64,000 nt of DNA, taken from the NCBI GenBank assembly GCA_963663235.2, contig CAXXNO010000004.1:1-64000 (forward strand). The letters run 5' to 3'. Below the pieces are notes generated by a model, which saw nothing but the letters and a program-made list of their open reading frames with translations, searched no databases and was not told where the DNA came from. The position numbers and the translations under genes were made by a program. The stretch is from Dehalococcoidia bacterium. GTDB lineage: Bacteria > Chloroflexota > Dehalococcoidia > Bin125. Below are positions 50,643 through 60,852 of the stretch, one piece after another; position 1 is the first letter of the stretch; each line of letters opens with the position of its first letter.

Positions 50643-51581
50643 TTACACCTCCAGCAGCCCCGCCCCCCGGCGGGTGTGGTTGATCAGATCCCGGTAACCG
50701 TCGGTCAGACCTCGATGCTCACAGCCAAACTCCTCCCGGATGCGAGAATAGTCGATCAGGTAGGGGAGGTCTGACCGGCCGGTTGTCTCATCAAAGGAGA
50801 TCTGGGCCTCAGGAAGGAAGCGGTGGATCAACGACGCCATCTCCCAGTAGGAGAGAGTGTGGCCGCCCACGTTGTAGACCAAACGCCGCGGACTCTCGGC
50901 CGCCAAGAGGGTCACCACCGCATGAGCGACGTCCTCCACGTGCCCGACACAGACCTTGTCGGCGGCGGCAAAGGGAAGCCGCGCGGGCCTGCCCAGGGCG
51001 CACTCAACGGCGGCCACGTTCACTCCCCGTGCTCCCACTCGCCCGCCGGGCCCGTAGACCGCGGGAATGCGCAGGGAGACGACACTCATGTTGGCGCGCA
51101 TGTTGTAGACAGAGGCAACCGTCTCTCCCAGCCTCTTGCTCACGCCGTAGATGTCGGTCGTCAGGCTGGGACACTCCTCGTCGAGCAGGGTCTCGCCATG
51201 CAGCCACTGGGGCCCGTAGTAGTGGATGGAGCTGGGAAAGACTACTCGTCGCACGCCGGTCAGGCGGGCTGCCTCAAACAAGTCGACCGTCTCCGAGACC
51301 ATCGTCCGAACTTCTGTGCGAATTTCGTCGGCGTTCCCCGGAGCCGATATGAAAAACACCAGATGTGCGATGCGGTCAATGTCGTGCTCGCGGATGATCT
51401 CTGTCAGACGCTGGACGCTGGGCATGCCGCCGTCCAGCATCACCGTCCGATCGGCGACATCCGCCAGGCGCCCGGGTGTGCTCTTTAGGTCCAAGCAGAC
51501 CGCCGCCTGGCCGCTCGCTAGCAACTGACGGATGACCACTGCTCCAATGAAGCCTTTACCGCCGGTCACCAGAACCGCCAT
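50643..51581 (-). CDS. NAD-dependent epimerase/dehydratase (duplicate)
   Basis: Same protein as 4135-5073. Confidence 0.88.
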   Translation of the reverse strand: MAVLVTGGKGFIGAVVIRQLLASGQAAVCLDLKSTPGRLADVADRTVMLDGGMPSVQRLTEIIREHDIDRIAHLVFFISAPGNADEIRTEVRTMVSETVDLFEAARLTGVRRVVFPSSIHYYGPQWLHGETLLDEECPSLTTDIYGVSKRLGETVASVYNMRANMSVVSLRIPAVYGPGGRVGARGVNVAAVECALGRPARLPFAAADKVCVGHVEDVAHAVVTLLAAESPRRLVYNVGGHTLSYWEMASLIHRFLPEAQISFDETTGRSDLPYLIDYSRIREEFGCEHRGLTDGYRDLINHTRRGAGLLEV

Positions 51582-51613
51582 GGTTCCCCTTCCGGACACC
51601 GACCGTCTCGGCC

Positions 51614-52582
51614 TTACGGCACCACCACCAGTTTAACCTCAGGCCCGGCCGTTTGGCGGCGCCAGGCGGCCGTGATGTCCTTGAGCGGCACCCGCTCGAT
51701 CTCAAGGCGCAACCGCCCTGCAATCGCATGCGAGACCAGCCGTCGGTAGTGTTCCGCCCAAACGTCCGCCGGCACAGCGAAGTCGGAGAACCCCAGAAGC
51801 TCCAACTGCTTGCCGCGCACGGCAGCGGAAGTGATCGTTGCGGTCGCTCCAGCAGACTGGCCGAGATGCACAATGCGGGCGCGCGGGGCGGCGGCTTCCA
51901 GCGCCGCCGCCAGCGGCGGCCCCCAGAGCGGGTCAACGATCAGGTCTGGTCCTTGGCCGCCGCAGGCGTCTCGGAAGGCGGCTGCCAGGTCGGTCCCTGC
52001 CGCTAGTTGCACCGTGGCGTCAGCACCGACGTCCACGGTCCGCCTCAGGCGTTCCTCGTTGCGACCGGCCGCGACGATCCTCCCGGCACCCAAAATGCGC
52101 GCAGCCTGCACCGCCGTCATGCCGGTCACACCAGTCGCGCCCAGGACAAGGACCGTCTCGCCCGGGCGCAGCGGAGCGCGCCAGGCCAGGGGGAGCCAGC
52201 CGGCCATCCCGGCGGCGCCCAGCCCCGCGGCGACTGCGGGATCGGCACCCTCCGGCAGCGACACCAGGCGCGAGTCGCTGGCCATCACCGTGTCCGCCAT
52301 ACTGCCGTCTCGCCGGAGCCCCATGCCGTCGAGACCGGCCCACACGATGGCGCCGACGCTCTGAGCACCCGACTCCACGACCCGCCCCACCGCCTCCACC
52401 CCGGGCACGTAGGGGAGGGCCGGATGACCCCCATAGAACTGCCCACCGCCGATCGCGATATCGATCGGGTTCAGCGGCGCGGCGAGGACCTCCAGCAGGG
52501 CCTCACCCCGTTCGGGCGCCACCGTCGGAGCCTCGCCGACTGCAGGCGGGCGTCCGAGTACCGAGAGGAGAGCCGCCCGCAT
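51614..52582 (-). CDS. Quinone oxidoreductase / MDR (duplicate)
   Basis: One R/M difference from 3134-4102. Confidence 0.88.
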   Translation of the reverse strand: MRAALLSVLGRPPAVGEAPTVAPERGEALLEVLAAPLNPIDIAIGGGQFYGGHPALPYVPGVEAVGRVVESGAQSVGAIVWAGLDGMGLRRDGSMADTVMASDSRLVSLPEGADPAVAAGLGAAGMAGWLPLAWRAPLRPGETVLVLGATGVTGMTAVQAARILGAGRIVAAGRNEERLRRTVDVGADATVQLAAGTDLAAAFRDACGGQGPDLIVDPLWGPPLAAALEAAAPRARIVHLGQSAGATATITSAAVRGKQLELLGFSDFAVPADVWAEHYRRLVSHAIAGRLRLEIERVPLKDITAAWRRQTAGPEVKLVVVP

Positions 52583-52842
52583 CAGGCGTCCACGCTTTCC
52601 CGTTGAGAGAGATTGATCCGCTCTACCATGACGTGCTCGCGCCGGTCTAACACGGCGGCTGGAGACCGTCAATTGATCGCCGGCGTCCGGTCTCAGGTCT
52701 CCCCATCGAGATCAAGGGAGTGACAGAGCGGTGCGGCGATGGCGCCCCATCGTGCCGCGCGTGAAGCGTGCTCTTTGTAGCGCGACCCACTATCCTTGCC
52801 GCCGGATGGGCCGGCGACACGAAGTCGGAAGGAGGAAGAGAC

Positions 52843-53256
52843 GTGGCAACAGAACTGAAAGGGATTACTCCCGCGGGCTGGAAGCGCGGGGGTGGATACC
52901 AGCACGCGATGGTGGTGGAGAACTGCAGCCGGATTGCCTATATCTCCGGTCAGGTCGAGGGTAGCGGCGGCCGGCCCGCCGCGGCTTTCTCGAAGGACAT
53001 GGCGTCGCAGTTCGCCAGCGCGCTCGCCAACTTCAAGACGGTGGTTGAGGCAACGGGCGGCACGGTCAGGGACATCACGTCCATGACTATTTACGTCACG
53101 GACGGCGAGAGTTATCGAGCCAACCAGAAGGCGATCGGAGAATCCTGGCGCCGTGAACTCGGCGATGTCTATCCGGCGGTGACGCTCGTGGGCGTCACGG
53201 AACTGTTCAACGTGGGAGCCAAAGTCGAGATCGAAGGCACGGTCGCCCTCGGCTGA
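52843..53256 (+). CDS. RidA family protein (duplicate)
   Basis: Same protein as 2460-2873. Confidence 0.88.
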   Translation: MATELKGITPAGWKRGGGYQHAMVVENCSRIAYISGQVEGSGGRPAAAFSKDMASQFASALANFKTVVEATGGTVRDITSMTIYVTDGESYRANQKAIGESWRRELGDVYPAVTLVGVTELFNVGAKVEIEGTVALG

Positions 53257-53277
53257 CGCCGGAGAACGCACCGCCCG

Positions 53278-54360
53278 CTAGCGGCCGCTGGCCACCATCT
53301 CTACGCGGCCCGACGTGAGGTCGTCGATCCGTCGGCAGGCGGCCACGTGGGGCACGTTGCCGGCAGTCTGCTCCATCGGGAAGAGCTCCGGCGTCCACTG
53401 CTCGCACTCCGGCTCGGAGACGGGACAGCGAGAGTACAGCGGACAGCCGGGCGGCAGGTTGATCGGGCTGGGGATCTCGCCCTCCAGCGTATAGTGCGGC
53501 GCGCCGGCCTCGGGATCCGGATAGAGCACCGCGGAGAGCAACGAGCGTGTGTAGGGATGCACCGGCCGCTCGAAGATCACGTCGGTCGATGCAAACTCGA
53601 CGATCAAGCCGAGATACATCACCGCCACGCGGTGGCTGATGCTGCGCACGGCGGTCAGGTCATGCGAGATGAAGAGATAGGAAACGCCGAATTGCTGCTG
53701 CACTTCGCGCAGCAGTTCGATGATCTCCAGGCGTCCCCGGACATCGAGATTCGAGACGGCTTCATCGAGCACGATGAGGTCCGGCTTCATGACCAGCGAG
53801 CGGGCGATGGCGCAGCGCTGCTGCTGGCTGCCGGTCAAGGCCTCCGGGTGAGCCTCCGTCAGCGCCGCGGGGACGTGCACCGCGTCCAAGACCTCTTGGA
53901 TGCGGCTGTCTCGCTCCTCGCGCGATAGCTTGAAGCCCCGCACGGCATCGCGGAGGGCCTGTCGAATCGTCATGCGTGGATTCAGCGATGTGGACGGATC
54001 CTGGAAAACCATCTGGAGCTTGGGGCGCCAGCGCCGGAGCTCACTCCCCTGCATGTGGCTGATCTTCTTGTCCTCGTACCAGACCTCGCCGTAGGTCGGG
54101 TCCCAGAGACGAAGGATCAGCCGGCCCAGCGTCGTCTTCCCGGATCCGGATTCGCCTACCAAGCCGACGGTCTCGCCGCGGCCGATTGTGAGATCCACGC
54201 CTCCCACCGCGACAAGGTTCTCACGGCGCGAGATGCGAAAGTGCTTGGCGATGTTGCGCACATCGATGAGCGGCCGGCCGTTGGCGCCGGTGACGTCTGC
54301 GGACGCGGACTCCTGGTCCCCTGCTTCCAACGGCTGCTCCCCGGCTGATGCCTGCGTCAT
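53278..54360 (-). CDS. DppF-like ABC ATPase (duplicate)
   Basis: R/K and R/S differences from 1356-2438. Confidence 0.92.
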   Translation of the reverse strand: MTQASAGEQPLEAGDQESASADVTGANGRPLIDVRNIAKHFRISRRENLVAVGGVDLTIGRGETVGLVGESGSGKTTLGRLILRLWDPTYGEVWYEDKKISHMQGSELRRWRPKLQMVFQDPSTSLNPRMTIRQALRDAVRGFKLSREERDSRIQEVLDAVHVPAALTEAHPEALTGSQQQRCAIARSLVMKPDLIVLDEAVSNLDVRGRLEIIELLREVQQQFGVSYLFISHDLTAVRSISHRVAVMYLGLIVEFASTDVIFERPVHPYTRSLLSAVLYPDPEAGAPHYTLEGEIPSPINLPPGCPLYSRCPVSEPECEQWTPELFPMEQTAGNVPHVAACRRIDDLTSGRVEMVASGR

Positions 54361-54377
54361 GACCTGCCTACCCGCTC

Positions 54378-55217
54378 CTAGGAACGACCAGCGCCCACCG
54401 TCCCCGTCTGCTCCGACCATGCGGCCGCCTGCTGGCGCTCAAGAATGGTGGCCCGCATCAGCTCCTGACTCACCGGATGCTCCGGACTCTTGAAGAACGT
54501 CCGCACGTCCGCATCTTCCACAATGCGACCCTCGCTCACCACGGCCACGCGGTCGCAGTAGTGCGCCACGATCCCGAGGTCGCGGGTCACAATCAACAGC
54601 CCCACATGCTCTTCACGGCACAAGCTGGAAAAGTCCTCCAGCAACTGCCGTTGAATCGTCACGTCGATGCCGGATGTCGGCTCGTCGGCCACGAGGAAGC
54701 GCGGCCGGTTCACCAGCGCCATCGCGACCAGGGCGCGTTGGGCCATCCCGCCGCTGAGCTCGTGCGGGTAGGCCTCGGCGCGGAGGTCCGCGTCGGGGAT
54801 CCCCACCCGGTCCAGCAACTCGATGGCCCGCGCCTGGGCCACCTTCTTGCTCACGCTGCCGTCGTGATCGCGCTGGACGCGCGCGATCTGCTTGCCCACC
54901 TTCATCAACGGGTCCAGGCGGGCACGCCCCCCGGGGAGCACCAACGCCAGATCCCGTCCCAGGATGGTCTGGCGCACCTCCGCGTTCATGGCGAGCAGAT
55001 CCTGGCCTTCGAACCGGATGGTGCCGCTACGCGCGACGACCGGCGGCCGCAACTGCCCGGCGATCGCATGCACGAGGAGTGACTTGCCCGCCCCCGCCTC
55101 GCCCACCAGACCAACGGCCTGGCCTGCATCGACTCGGAGGGCGATGTCCTCGATCATTGATTCGAAGGATCCGTCTGCGTGGGGGATCCCGACGGTCAGC
55201 CCTTCGATCTCAAGCAC
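54378..55217 (-). CDS. DppD-like ABC ATPase (duplicate)
   Basis: Same protein as 499-1338. Confidence 0.9.
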   Translation of the reverse strand: MLEIEGLTVGIPHADGSFESMIEDIALRVDAGQAVGLVGEAGAGKSLLVHAIAGQLRPPVVARSGTIRFEGQDLLAMNAEVRQTILGRDLALVLPGGRARLDPLMKVGKQIARVQRDHDGSVSKKVAQARAIELLDRVGIPDADLRAEAYPHELSGGMAQRALVAMALVNRPRFLVADEPTSGIDVTIQRQLLEDFSSLCREEHVGLLIVTRDLGIVAHYCDRVAVVSEGRIVEDADVRTFFKSPEHPVSQELMRATILERQQAAAWSEQTGTVGAGRS

Positions 55218-56193
55218 TGGCCGCCCTCGTCTCTGCCACTGCCCCAATGGCACCGCTCTCCCCGCGCTTCACCGTCCGCATTCGGGTCGCGATGTCCTGG
55301 GCAGCGAAGGCGAAAGTGAGCACCAGCACCCCCAGCGCGATCCCGGGGAACACCGACGGCCACCACTCGCCTGTGACCATGTTGCCCGCCCCGCGCGAGA
55401 TCATCCCACCCAGCTCCGGGGTAGTCACCGGCACGCCGGCGCCCACGAAGCTGAGGCTGGCGGTGAAGAGAACCACGAAACCCATGACCACGGGCATGGT
55501 GGCCAGGGTGGAGGCGACCGAGTTGGGTCCCAAATGCCGGAAGATGATCCACACGTTGGAGTGACCCAAGATCCGAGCCGCATCCGCGTAGGGTTGCTCG
55601 CGCGTGGTCAAGATCTCCGCGCGCGCCAGGCGCGCGAAGGCAGGCAGATTCACGATGGTCATCGCGATGATCACGTTTTGGGTGCTCTGTCCGGCCACCG
55701 CCACTAGCACCATGGCGAAGACGAAGATGGGGAACGACTGCAACACATCCTGAGCACGCATGATCAGCTCGCTGAGGAGGCTCGCCGCCCGGCCGCGTCC
55801 GACCGAATAGCCCGCAATCAAGCCCAACGGGACCCCAATGGCCACCGAGAGAAACGCGGCCACGAAGGCGATGACCAGATTGACCCGCGGCGATGCCAGG
55901 AGGCGGCTGAAGATATCGTGGCCCGAGGCGTCCGTCCCCAAGAGATGGCGGGCGTTCATCGGTTCCAGCGAATGAGTGGGGTCCAGCTCTTCTGGGCCCC
56001 AGCCGCAGCCGCAGCCGACGTCCTGGAGCCAGGGGCCGATAGACGGGCCGATCGCCGCGAGGAGGAAAAAGAAGATGAGGCCACCATAGATGACCGCCGT
56101 TCCAAGGCCCGGTTTCTTGAAGATCGCGCGGCCCACCCGGGCCAGCAGATGGCGTCGCTGGGCGAGCGCGGCGGGGGAGGTGACGCCGGTCAC
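55210..56193 (-). CDS. DppC-like ABC permease
   Basis: HLLGTDASGHDIFSRLL; GTG overlaps the upstream stop. Confidence 0.92.
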   Translation of the reverse strand: MTGVTSPAALAQRRHLLARVGRAIFKKPGLGTAVIYGGLIFFFLLAAIGPSIGPWLQDVGCGCGWGPEELDPTHSLEPMNARHLLGTDASGHDIFSRLLASPRVNLVIAFVAAFLSVAIGVPLGLIAGYSVGRGRAASLLSELIMRAQDVLQSFPIFVFAMVLVAVAGQSTQNVIIAMTIVNLPAFARLARAEILTTREQPYADAARILGHSNVWIIFRHLGPNSVASTLATMPVVMGFVVLFTASLSFVGAGVPVTTPELGGMISRGAGNMVTGEWWPSVFPGIALGVLVLTFAFAAQDIATRMRTVKRGESGAIGAVAETRAASA

Positions 56194-57230
56194 AGCCGCA
56201 CTCTCGGGTCGACGGCCGCGTGGGCGATGTCCACCACCAAGTAGGTGATCATGACCCACACGGCCGCCACCAGCATGAAGCTCTGGGCGGCGTCCCAGTC
56301 CGTCACCAGCACCGCATTGACGCCGTAGTTGCCGAAGCCGTTGAGCCCGAAGATCCGCTCCACCAGCACCGCCCCGCCCAGGAGGAAGCCGTAGATCACG
56401 CCGATGATCGTCAGGATCGGCGGCAAGGAGTTGCGGAGCTGGATAAACCGCACGGTCCCGCTCTTCAATCCCATGGCCTGCGCGTTCTCCACGTACTGGC
56501 TGCTGCGAATCTCCGCCATGGAGGCGACCACCATCTTCAAGATCGGCCCCCCGTAGACAAACACCAACGCGGCGACCGGTAAGACCAGATGCCCCACGTA
56601 CGACTTCAGCGCTGTCAAGTTCAGGTCGATGACCGAGTCAAGGAAAGGGAAGTACGTCACTGGGGGCGGCCTGACGCCAAAGGCGAAGGCGCCCGTCGGT
56701 TCCGGGGACACGCCCAGCGTGGCGTAAAAGATGAAGATCAGGATCAGTGCCAGCCAGAAATCCGCCAGCGATCCGGCCAGCAACCCGTAGAACCGCACGA
56801 CCCGCACGAGGTACTTGTCGACCACGGCCATCGGCCCCCGCTGTTTCGGCGCCGCCACCCGCACCCCCAAGGGGATCATGATCCCCAGGGCAACGACGAG
56901 GGAGATGGTGATCAGCTCTATCGTGGCCGGCAGGCGCTCCTTCAGGTCCTTCGACACCGGCTGTCCCGTGAACCACGAGTCCCCAAAGTCCCCCTGGACG
57001 AGATTCCCCACGTAGCGGATGTACTGAGTCACGAACGGGTCGTTATAGCCCCGCTCCTGCCGCAGCTCCTCGACCTTGGCGGGCGGGGAGAGCGGACCGG
57101 CGCGCGCCTGCGCGGGGTCGCCCGGCAGCAGCTGGAGCAACCCGAAGGCGATGAAGGTCACCAGCAACAGCTGCGGAACGAAAAAGAACAACCGCCGCCG
57201 AATGAAGGGTGACCGTAAGAGCGCCATCAC
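56190..57230 (-). CDS. DppB-like ABC permease
   Basis: LLPGDPA, GDFGDS, RLPATIEL, GAVLVERIF, DPRVRL. Confidence 0.93.
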   Translation of the reverse strand: MMALLRSPFIRRRLFFFVPQLLLVTFIAFGLLQLLPGDPAQARAGPLSPPAKVEELRQERGYNDPFVTQYIRYVGNLVQGDFGDSWFTGQPVSKDLKERLPATIELITISLVVALGIMIPLGVRVAAPKQRGPMAVVDKYLVRVVRFYGLLAGSLADFWLALILIFIFYATLGVSPEPTGAFAFGVRPPPVTYFPFLDSVIDLNLTALKSYVGHLVLPVAALVFVYGGPILKMVVASMAEIRSSQYVENAQAMGLKSGTVRFIQLRNSLPPILTIIGVIYGFLLGGAVLVERIFGLNGFGNYGVNAVLVTDWDAAQSFMLVAAVWVMITYLVVDIAHAAVDPRVRL

Positions 57231-57700
57231 ACCACCACCTTGGGACCCGCTCGTTTCGCACGCCGGGTTCGCGCAGCAAAGTGAACCACTGGAACCGTCG
57301 GATCCTCGCTCTTCAGGGTTGCAAGCCTATCACAGTGAGCCCGGCATTCGGCAAGTGACGATCGCGCCGTTTCGAAGCGCCTCGCCCCATCATGCCACCG
57401 GCCCAAGATAGGCCATAAGGTAGGGGGCACTCGGTCCAGCCGCAACCCCGGCCGATCTGGGGTGACTGGGGAGCCCCGGCCCGCTCGACTCGGTCGTCAT
57501 CCGACCACCGCGAGACCGCGCACCCGGCCCAGGCGCCCCGCGTTGAACGCCAGGTCCGGCGGGCTTCGCCGTCGTCACGGGTCCCGCGTCCACCGGCCCG
57601 GACCCAGTCCGCCGCATTGACCACGGCAAGGATCTTGCGAGCGGACGGACCGCCCCCGCTCTCGCGGAGCGGCCCGGCCACCCCTCAATTGGACGCGCCC

Positions 57701-59095
57701 TCAAATTGTGGGGCGCCGCGTATGCCAATCGGTCACCTGCTGATAGGCATGGCCCACCTGCAGCGTCAGCGCGTCGGCCCACGGCCGACCCGCGATCTGC
57801 AGACCGATAGGCAGATTCTTATCGTCGAACCCGCAGGGTACCGACAGGGCCGGCTGGCCGGTGATGTTGAACGGCGACGTGCAGTGGATAGCGGCCGGCA
57901 GCACGAAGTCTTCCCAGCCGTCCGGAGCGTTGTAGGTTTCCTGGTCCGGCTTGAACGCGGTGCCCGGAGTCGTAGGCGTGAGTAGAGCGTCGATGCCAGT
58001 GTCGTTGTACATGCGCTTCATGTCGACGATGAGCCGGCTGCGGTAGCGCTTGGCGTTGAGGTAATCGGTCGCCAGGATGAACTCCCCAGCCAGGATCAGC
58101 GCGCGAACGTCATCCGTGTACTGGTCCTTTTGCCGCCGCATCCGCGCCTGGTGATAGGCGGAGCCTTCGGCCAGCCAGATGGCGAAGGCTGCGGGCTTGG
58201 CCAGATCCCAGGACTCCGGGATCGTCACTTTGCGCACCTCCGCGCCGAGCTTGGCGATCTCATCGACCGCCGCGTCGACGGCAGCCTGGACCTCAGGGAA
58301 GTGGCTCGGAAAGTAATTCGTAGGCACGCCGAACGTCAGCCCCTTCACGCCCCGGCCCAGGTTGGCGGTGTAGTCCTCCGTGGGGACCTTGGAGGTGCTG
58401 ATGTCGAGGTCGGTGTGGCCGGCCAGGACGTTCATCGCCAGCGCGACATCCTCCGCCGTGTGGCACATGGGCCCCGTGTGGTCGGTGGACCAGGACAGCA
58501 CTGCGACGCCGTCCTTGGGCACGCGCCCGAAAGTGGCCTTGATCCCCGAGAGTCCGTTGAAGCAGGTGGGAATCCGGATCGAGCCGCCGGTGTCCGTACC
58601 GAGGCCGAACGGAACCTGTCCTGCGGCGACCGCCGCGCCGGTCCCACCGCTGGAGCCGCCGGGGAAATGCGCGGTATTCCAGGGGTTCCGCACGGGTGGG
58701 GTGGCGGCACCGTAGGCGAACTCGTGGGTCCGCGTCTTCCCGAGGAGGACAGCGCCGGCCTCCCGAAGCCGGCCGACGCAGGTGCAGTCGCGATCCGGGA
58801 CACGGCCCGCCAGCACCTTGGACGACGATCGCGTCTCGACGCCGGCGCTGTCGTATAGATCCTTGGCGCCGAACGGCACGCCGTCCAAGGGGCCCAGGCT
58901 GGCGCCCTGCTTGCGACGCGCATCGGAGGCATCCGCCTCGGTGAGGGCTCTTTCGCCGCAGAGGGTTTCCCACGCCTTCAGCTCAGCGTCCGTCTCTGCG
59001 ATCCGGTCCAGGCAGCGCTGGACAATCTCCCGGCTGGAGGCCTCACCCGCCGCCAGCGCGCGCCCCAACTCCTGCACCGTGCGATATTCAGCCAT
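57701..59095 (-). CDS. Amidase-signature family protein
   Basis: PLDGVPFGAKD, PGGSSGG, GTDTGGSIRIP. Confidence 0.95.
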   Translation of the reverse strand: MAEYRTVQELGRALAAGEASSREIVQRCLDRIAETDAELKAWETLCGERALTEADASDARRKQGASLGPLDGVPFGAKDLYDSAGVETRSSSKVLAGRVPDRDCTCVGRLREAGAVLLGKTRTHEFAYGAATPPVRNPWNTAHFPGGSSGGTGAAVAAGQVPFGLGTDTGGSIRIPTCFNGLSGIKATFGRVPKDGVAVLSWSTDHTGPMCHTAEDVALAMNVLAGHTDLDISTSKVPTEDYTANLGRGVKGLTFGVPTNYFPSHFPEVQAAVDAAVDEIAKLGAEVRKVTIPESWDLAKPAAFAIWLAEGSAYHQARMRRQKDQYTDDVRALILAGEFILATDYLNAKRYRSRLIVDMKRMYNDTGIDALLTPTTPGTAFKPDQETYNAPDGWEDFVLPAAIHCTSPFNITGQPALSVPCGFDDKNLPIGLQIAGRPWADALTLQVGHAYQQVTDWHTRRPTI

Positions 59096-59169
59096 CGCGC
59101 ACCCCTCTCATCAATGCCAGCGTCCGGAGCGCCGGGCGCCGGTGTCCTACAGACAGCTCCTCCGCTCCA

Positions 59170-60594
59170 TCAAGCGCCGACGGCCGCCAGTTCCGGACGC
59201 TTCGTGTGCCAGTCGGTGACCTGCTGGTAGGCGTGGCCCACCCGCAGAGTCAGGGCGTCCGCCCACGGCCGCCCGATGATCTGCAACCCGATCGGCAGCC
59301 CCTTCTCGTCGAAGCCGCCCGGCACCGTCAGCGCTGGCTGGCCGGTGATATTGAACGGGAACGTGCAGCGGATCGACGCCGACATCAATACCTCTTCGAA
59401 GCCGTCGGGAGCCGTGTACTCCACCTGCCCGTGCTTGGCCGCCGTCACGGCCAGCGTCGGCGTGACCATCACGTCGATGCGCTGGTCCGTCCACAGCTGA
59501 CGCATGTCCGCATTGATGCGCGAGCGGTAGCGCTGGGCGTTGATCAAGTCGGTGGCCAGCACCAACTCACCCACGCCGAGATAGTCCGCGACGTCGGGCT
59601 GGTAGTCCTGCTTCTGCCGGCGCAGACGCGGTGCGTGCCAGGCTGCCGATTCCGCCAGCACGATGGCGAAGCCCAGCGGCTGCGTCATGTCTAGGGTCTT
59701 TGGGACGGCGACCTCAAAGACTTCGGCGCCAGCTCCCTTGAGCGCATCGACCGCCGCCTGAAAGGCGTTGGTCACCGCCGGGTAGTGGCTCACGAAGTAG
59801 TTCGTGGGCACCGCCACCCGCAGCCCCTTCACCCCGCCCGCCAAGCCCGCCGTGTAGTCTTCCACCGGCCGCTTCGACGAGTTCAGGTCCCGCGCGTCGT
59901 AACCCGCCAGCACGTTCAGGGCGATGGCCGCATCCTCGGCCGTCCAGCACATCGGCCCGATGTGGTCCAGCGACCAGGACAGCATGAAAACGCCGTCCTT
60001 GGGCACGCGCCCGAACGTCGCTTTGAGCCCCGTGATCCCGTTCAAACAGGCCGGAATGCGGATGGAGCCTCCGGTGTCCGTGCCGAAACCGATCGGCGTC
60101 TGCCCCGCCGCCACCGCCGCCCCCGTGCCCCCACTCGAGCCGCCGGGGACCCGCGCCGTCTCCATATCCCAGGGGTTCCGCGTCGGCGGCGTCTGCACCC
60201 CGTAGGCGAACTGGTGCGTGTTCGTCTTCCCCAGCAGCACCGCCCCGGCCGCGTTGAACCGCTCGACCGTGGAGGCGCTCCGAGTTGGAATGTAGCCCTT
60301 GAGCACATCCGATGAGCCCGTGGTCTCGATCCCCTCGGTCTCCACGATGTCCTTGGCCACGTAGGGCACGCCGTCCAGCGGCCCCAGCGCCCGCCCGCCT
60401 CGCCGCCGCTCGTCGGATGCCTCCGCCGCTTTCTGTGCCACCTTCGGCGTCATCCGGTTGAACGCCTTCAGCGTACCGTCCGTCCGCTCAACCTGCGTCA
60501 AACACCTCTCGGTGATCTCGCGGCTGGAGAACTCCCCCTTCGCCAGCCCCTCCGCCACCGATGTGACCGTGAGCCGCTCTTCGTTGCTCGCCAT
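59170..60594 (-). CDS. Amidase-signature family protein (paralogue)
   Basis: PLDGVPYVAKD, PGGSSGG, GTDTGGSIRIP. Confidence 0.95.
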   Translation of the reverse strand: MASNEERLTVTSVAEGLAKGEFSSREITERCLTQVERTDGTLKAFNRMTPKVAQKAAEASDERRRGGRALGPLDGVPYVAKDIVETEGIETTGSSDVLKGYIPTRSASTVERFNAAGAVLLGKTNTHQFAYGVQTPPTRNPWDMETARVPGGSSGGTGAAVAAGQTPIGFGTDTGGSIRIPACLNGITGLKATFGRVPKDGVFMLSWSLDHIGPMCWTAEDAAIALNVLAGYDARDLNSSKRPVEDYTAGLAGGVKGLRVAVPTNYFVSHYPAVTNAFQAAVDALKGAGAEVFEVAVPKTLDMTQPLGFAIVLAESAAWHAPRLRRQKQDYQPDVADYLGVGELVLATDLINAQRYRSRINADMRQLWTDQRIDVMVTPTLAVTAAKHGQVEYTAPDGFEEVLMSASIRCTFPFNITGQPALTVPGGFDEKGLPIGLQIIGRPWADALTLRVGHAYQQVTDWHTKRPELAAVGA

Positions 60595-60596
60595 GG

Positions 60597-60785
60597 TTAG
60601 TCGTCCCAGTCCGGCTTGAAGGTGTCGGCGGGGGCCCAGTCGTCGAAGTCGTCCGGGCGCATTTGGCGCCAGGCGTCGATCATTCCCTGCAGATTTTCCC
60701 GCAGCGCTTCGACCTCGGCGTCCGTGACCGGGAGCTCCGCCACCTCGGCCAATTTCTTGATCTGATCCGTCGTGAGCTGTGGCAT
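60597..60785 (-). CDS. Small GatC/AtzG-like amidase partner
   Basis: LTTDQIKKLAEVAELPVTDAEVEAL...PADTFKP; 62 aa, ends 2 bp before the amidase start. Confidence 0.7.
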   Translation of the reverse strand: MPQLTTDQIKKLAEVAELPVTDAEVEALRENLQGMIDAWRQMRPDDFDDWAPADTFKPDWDD

Positions 60786-60852
60786 CTGATCCCTTTCTCT
60801 TCCTCGGCTCCACTCCGGGCGCCGCACCGCGCCCAGAGGCTAAGACCGCCCC

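Larger units (their letters stand above)
49293..55715. repeat. Right arm of the inverted duplication of 1-6423
   Basis: Reverse-complement identity starts at the first base after the IS6 D TIR. Confidence 0.97.

Noticed and set aside
57701-60785. gatCA(B) tRNA amidotransferase operon
   Set aside because: No gatB, two amidase paralogues, and catabolic context.
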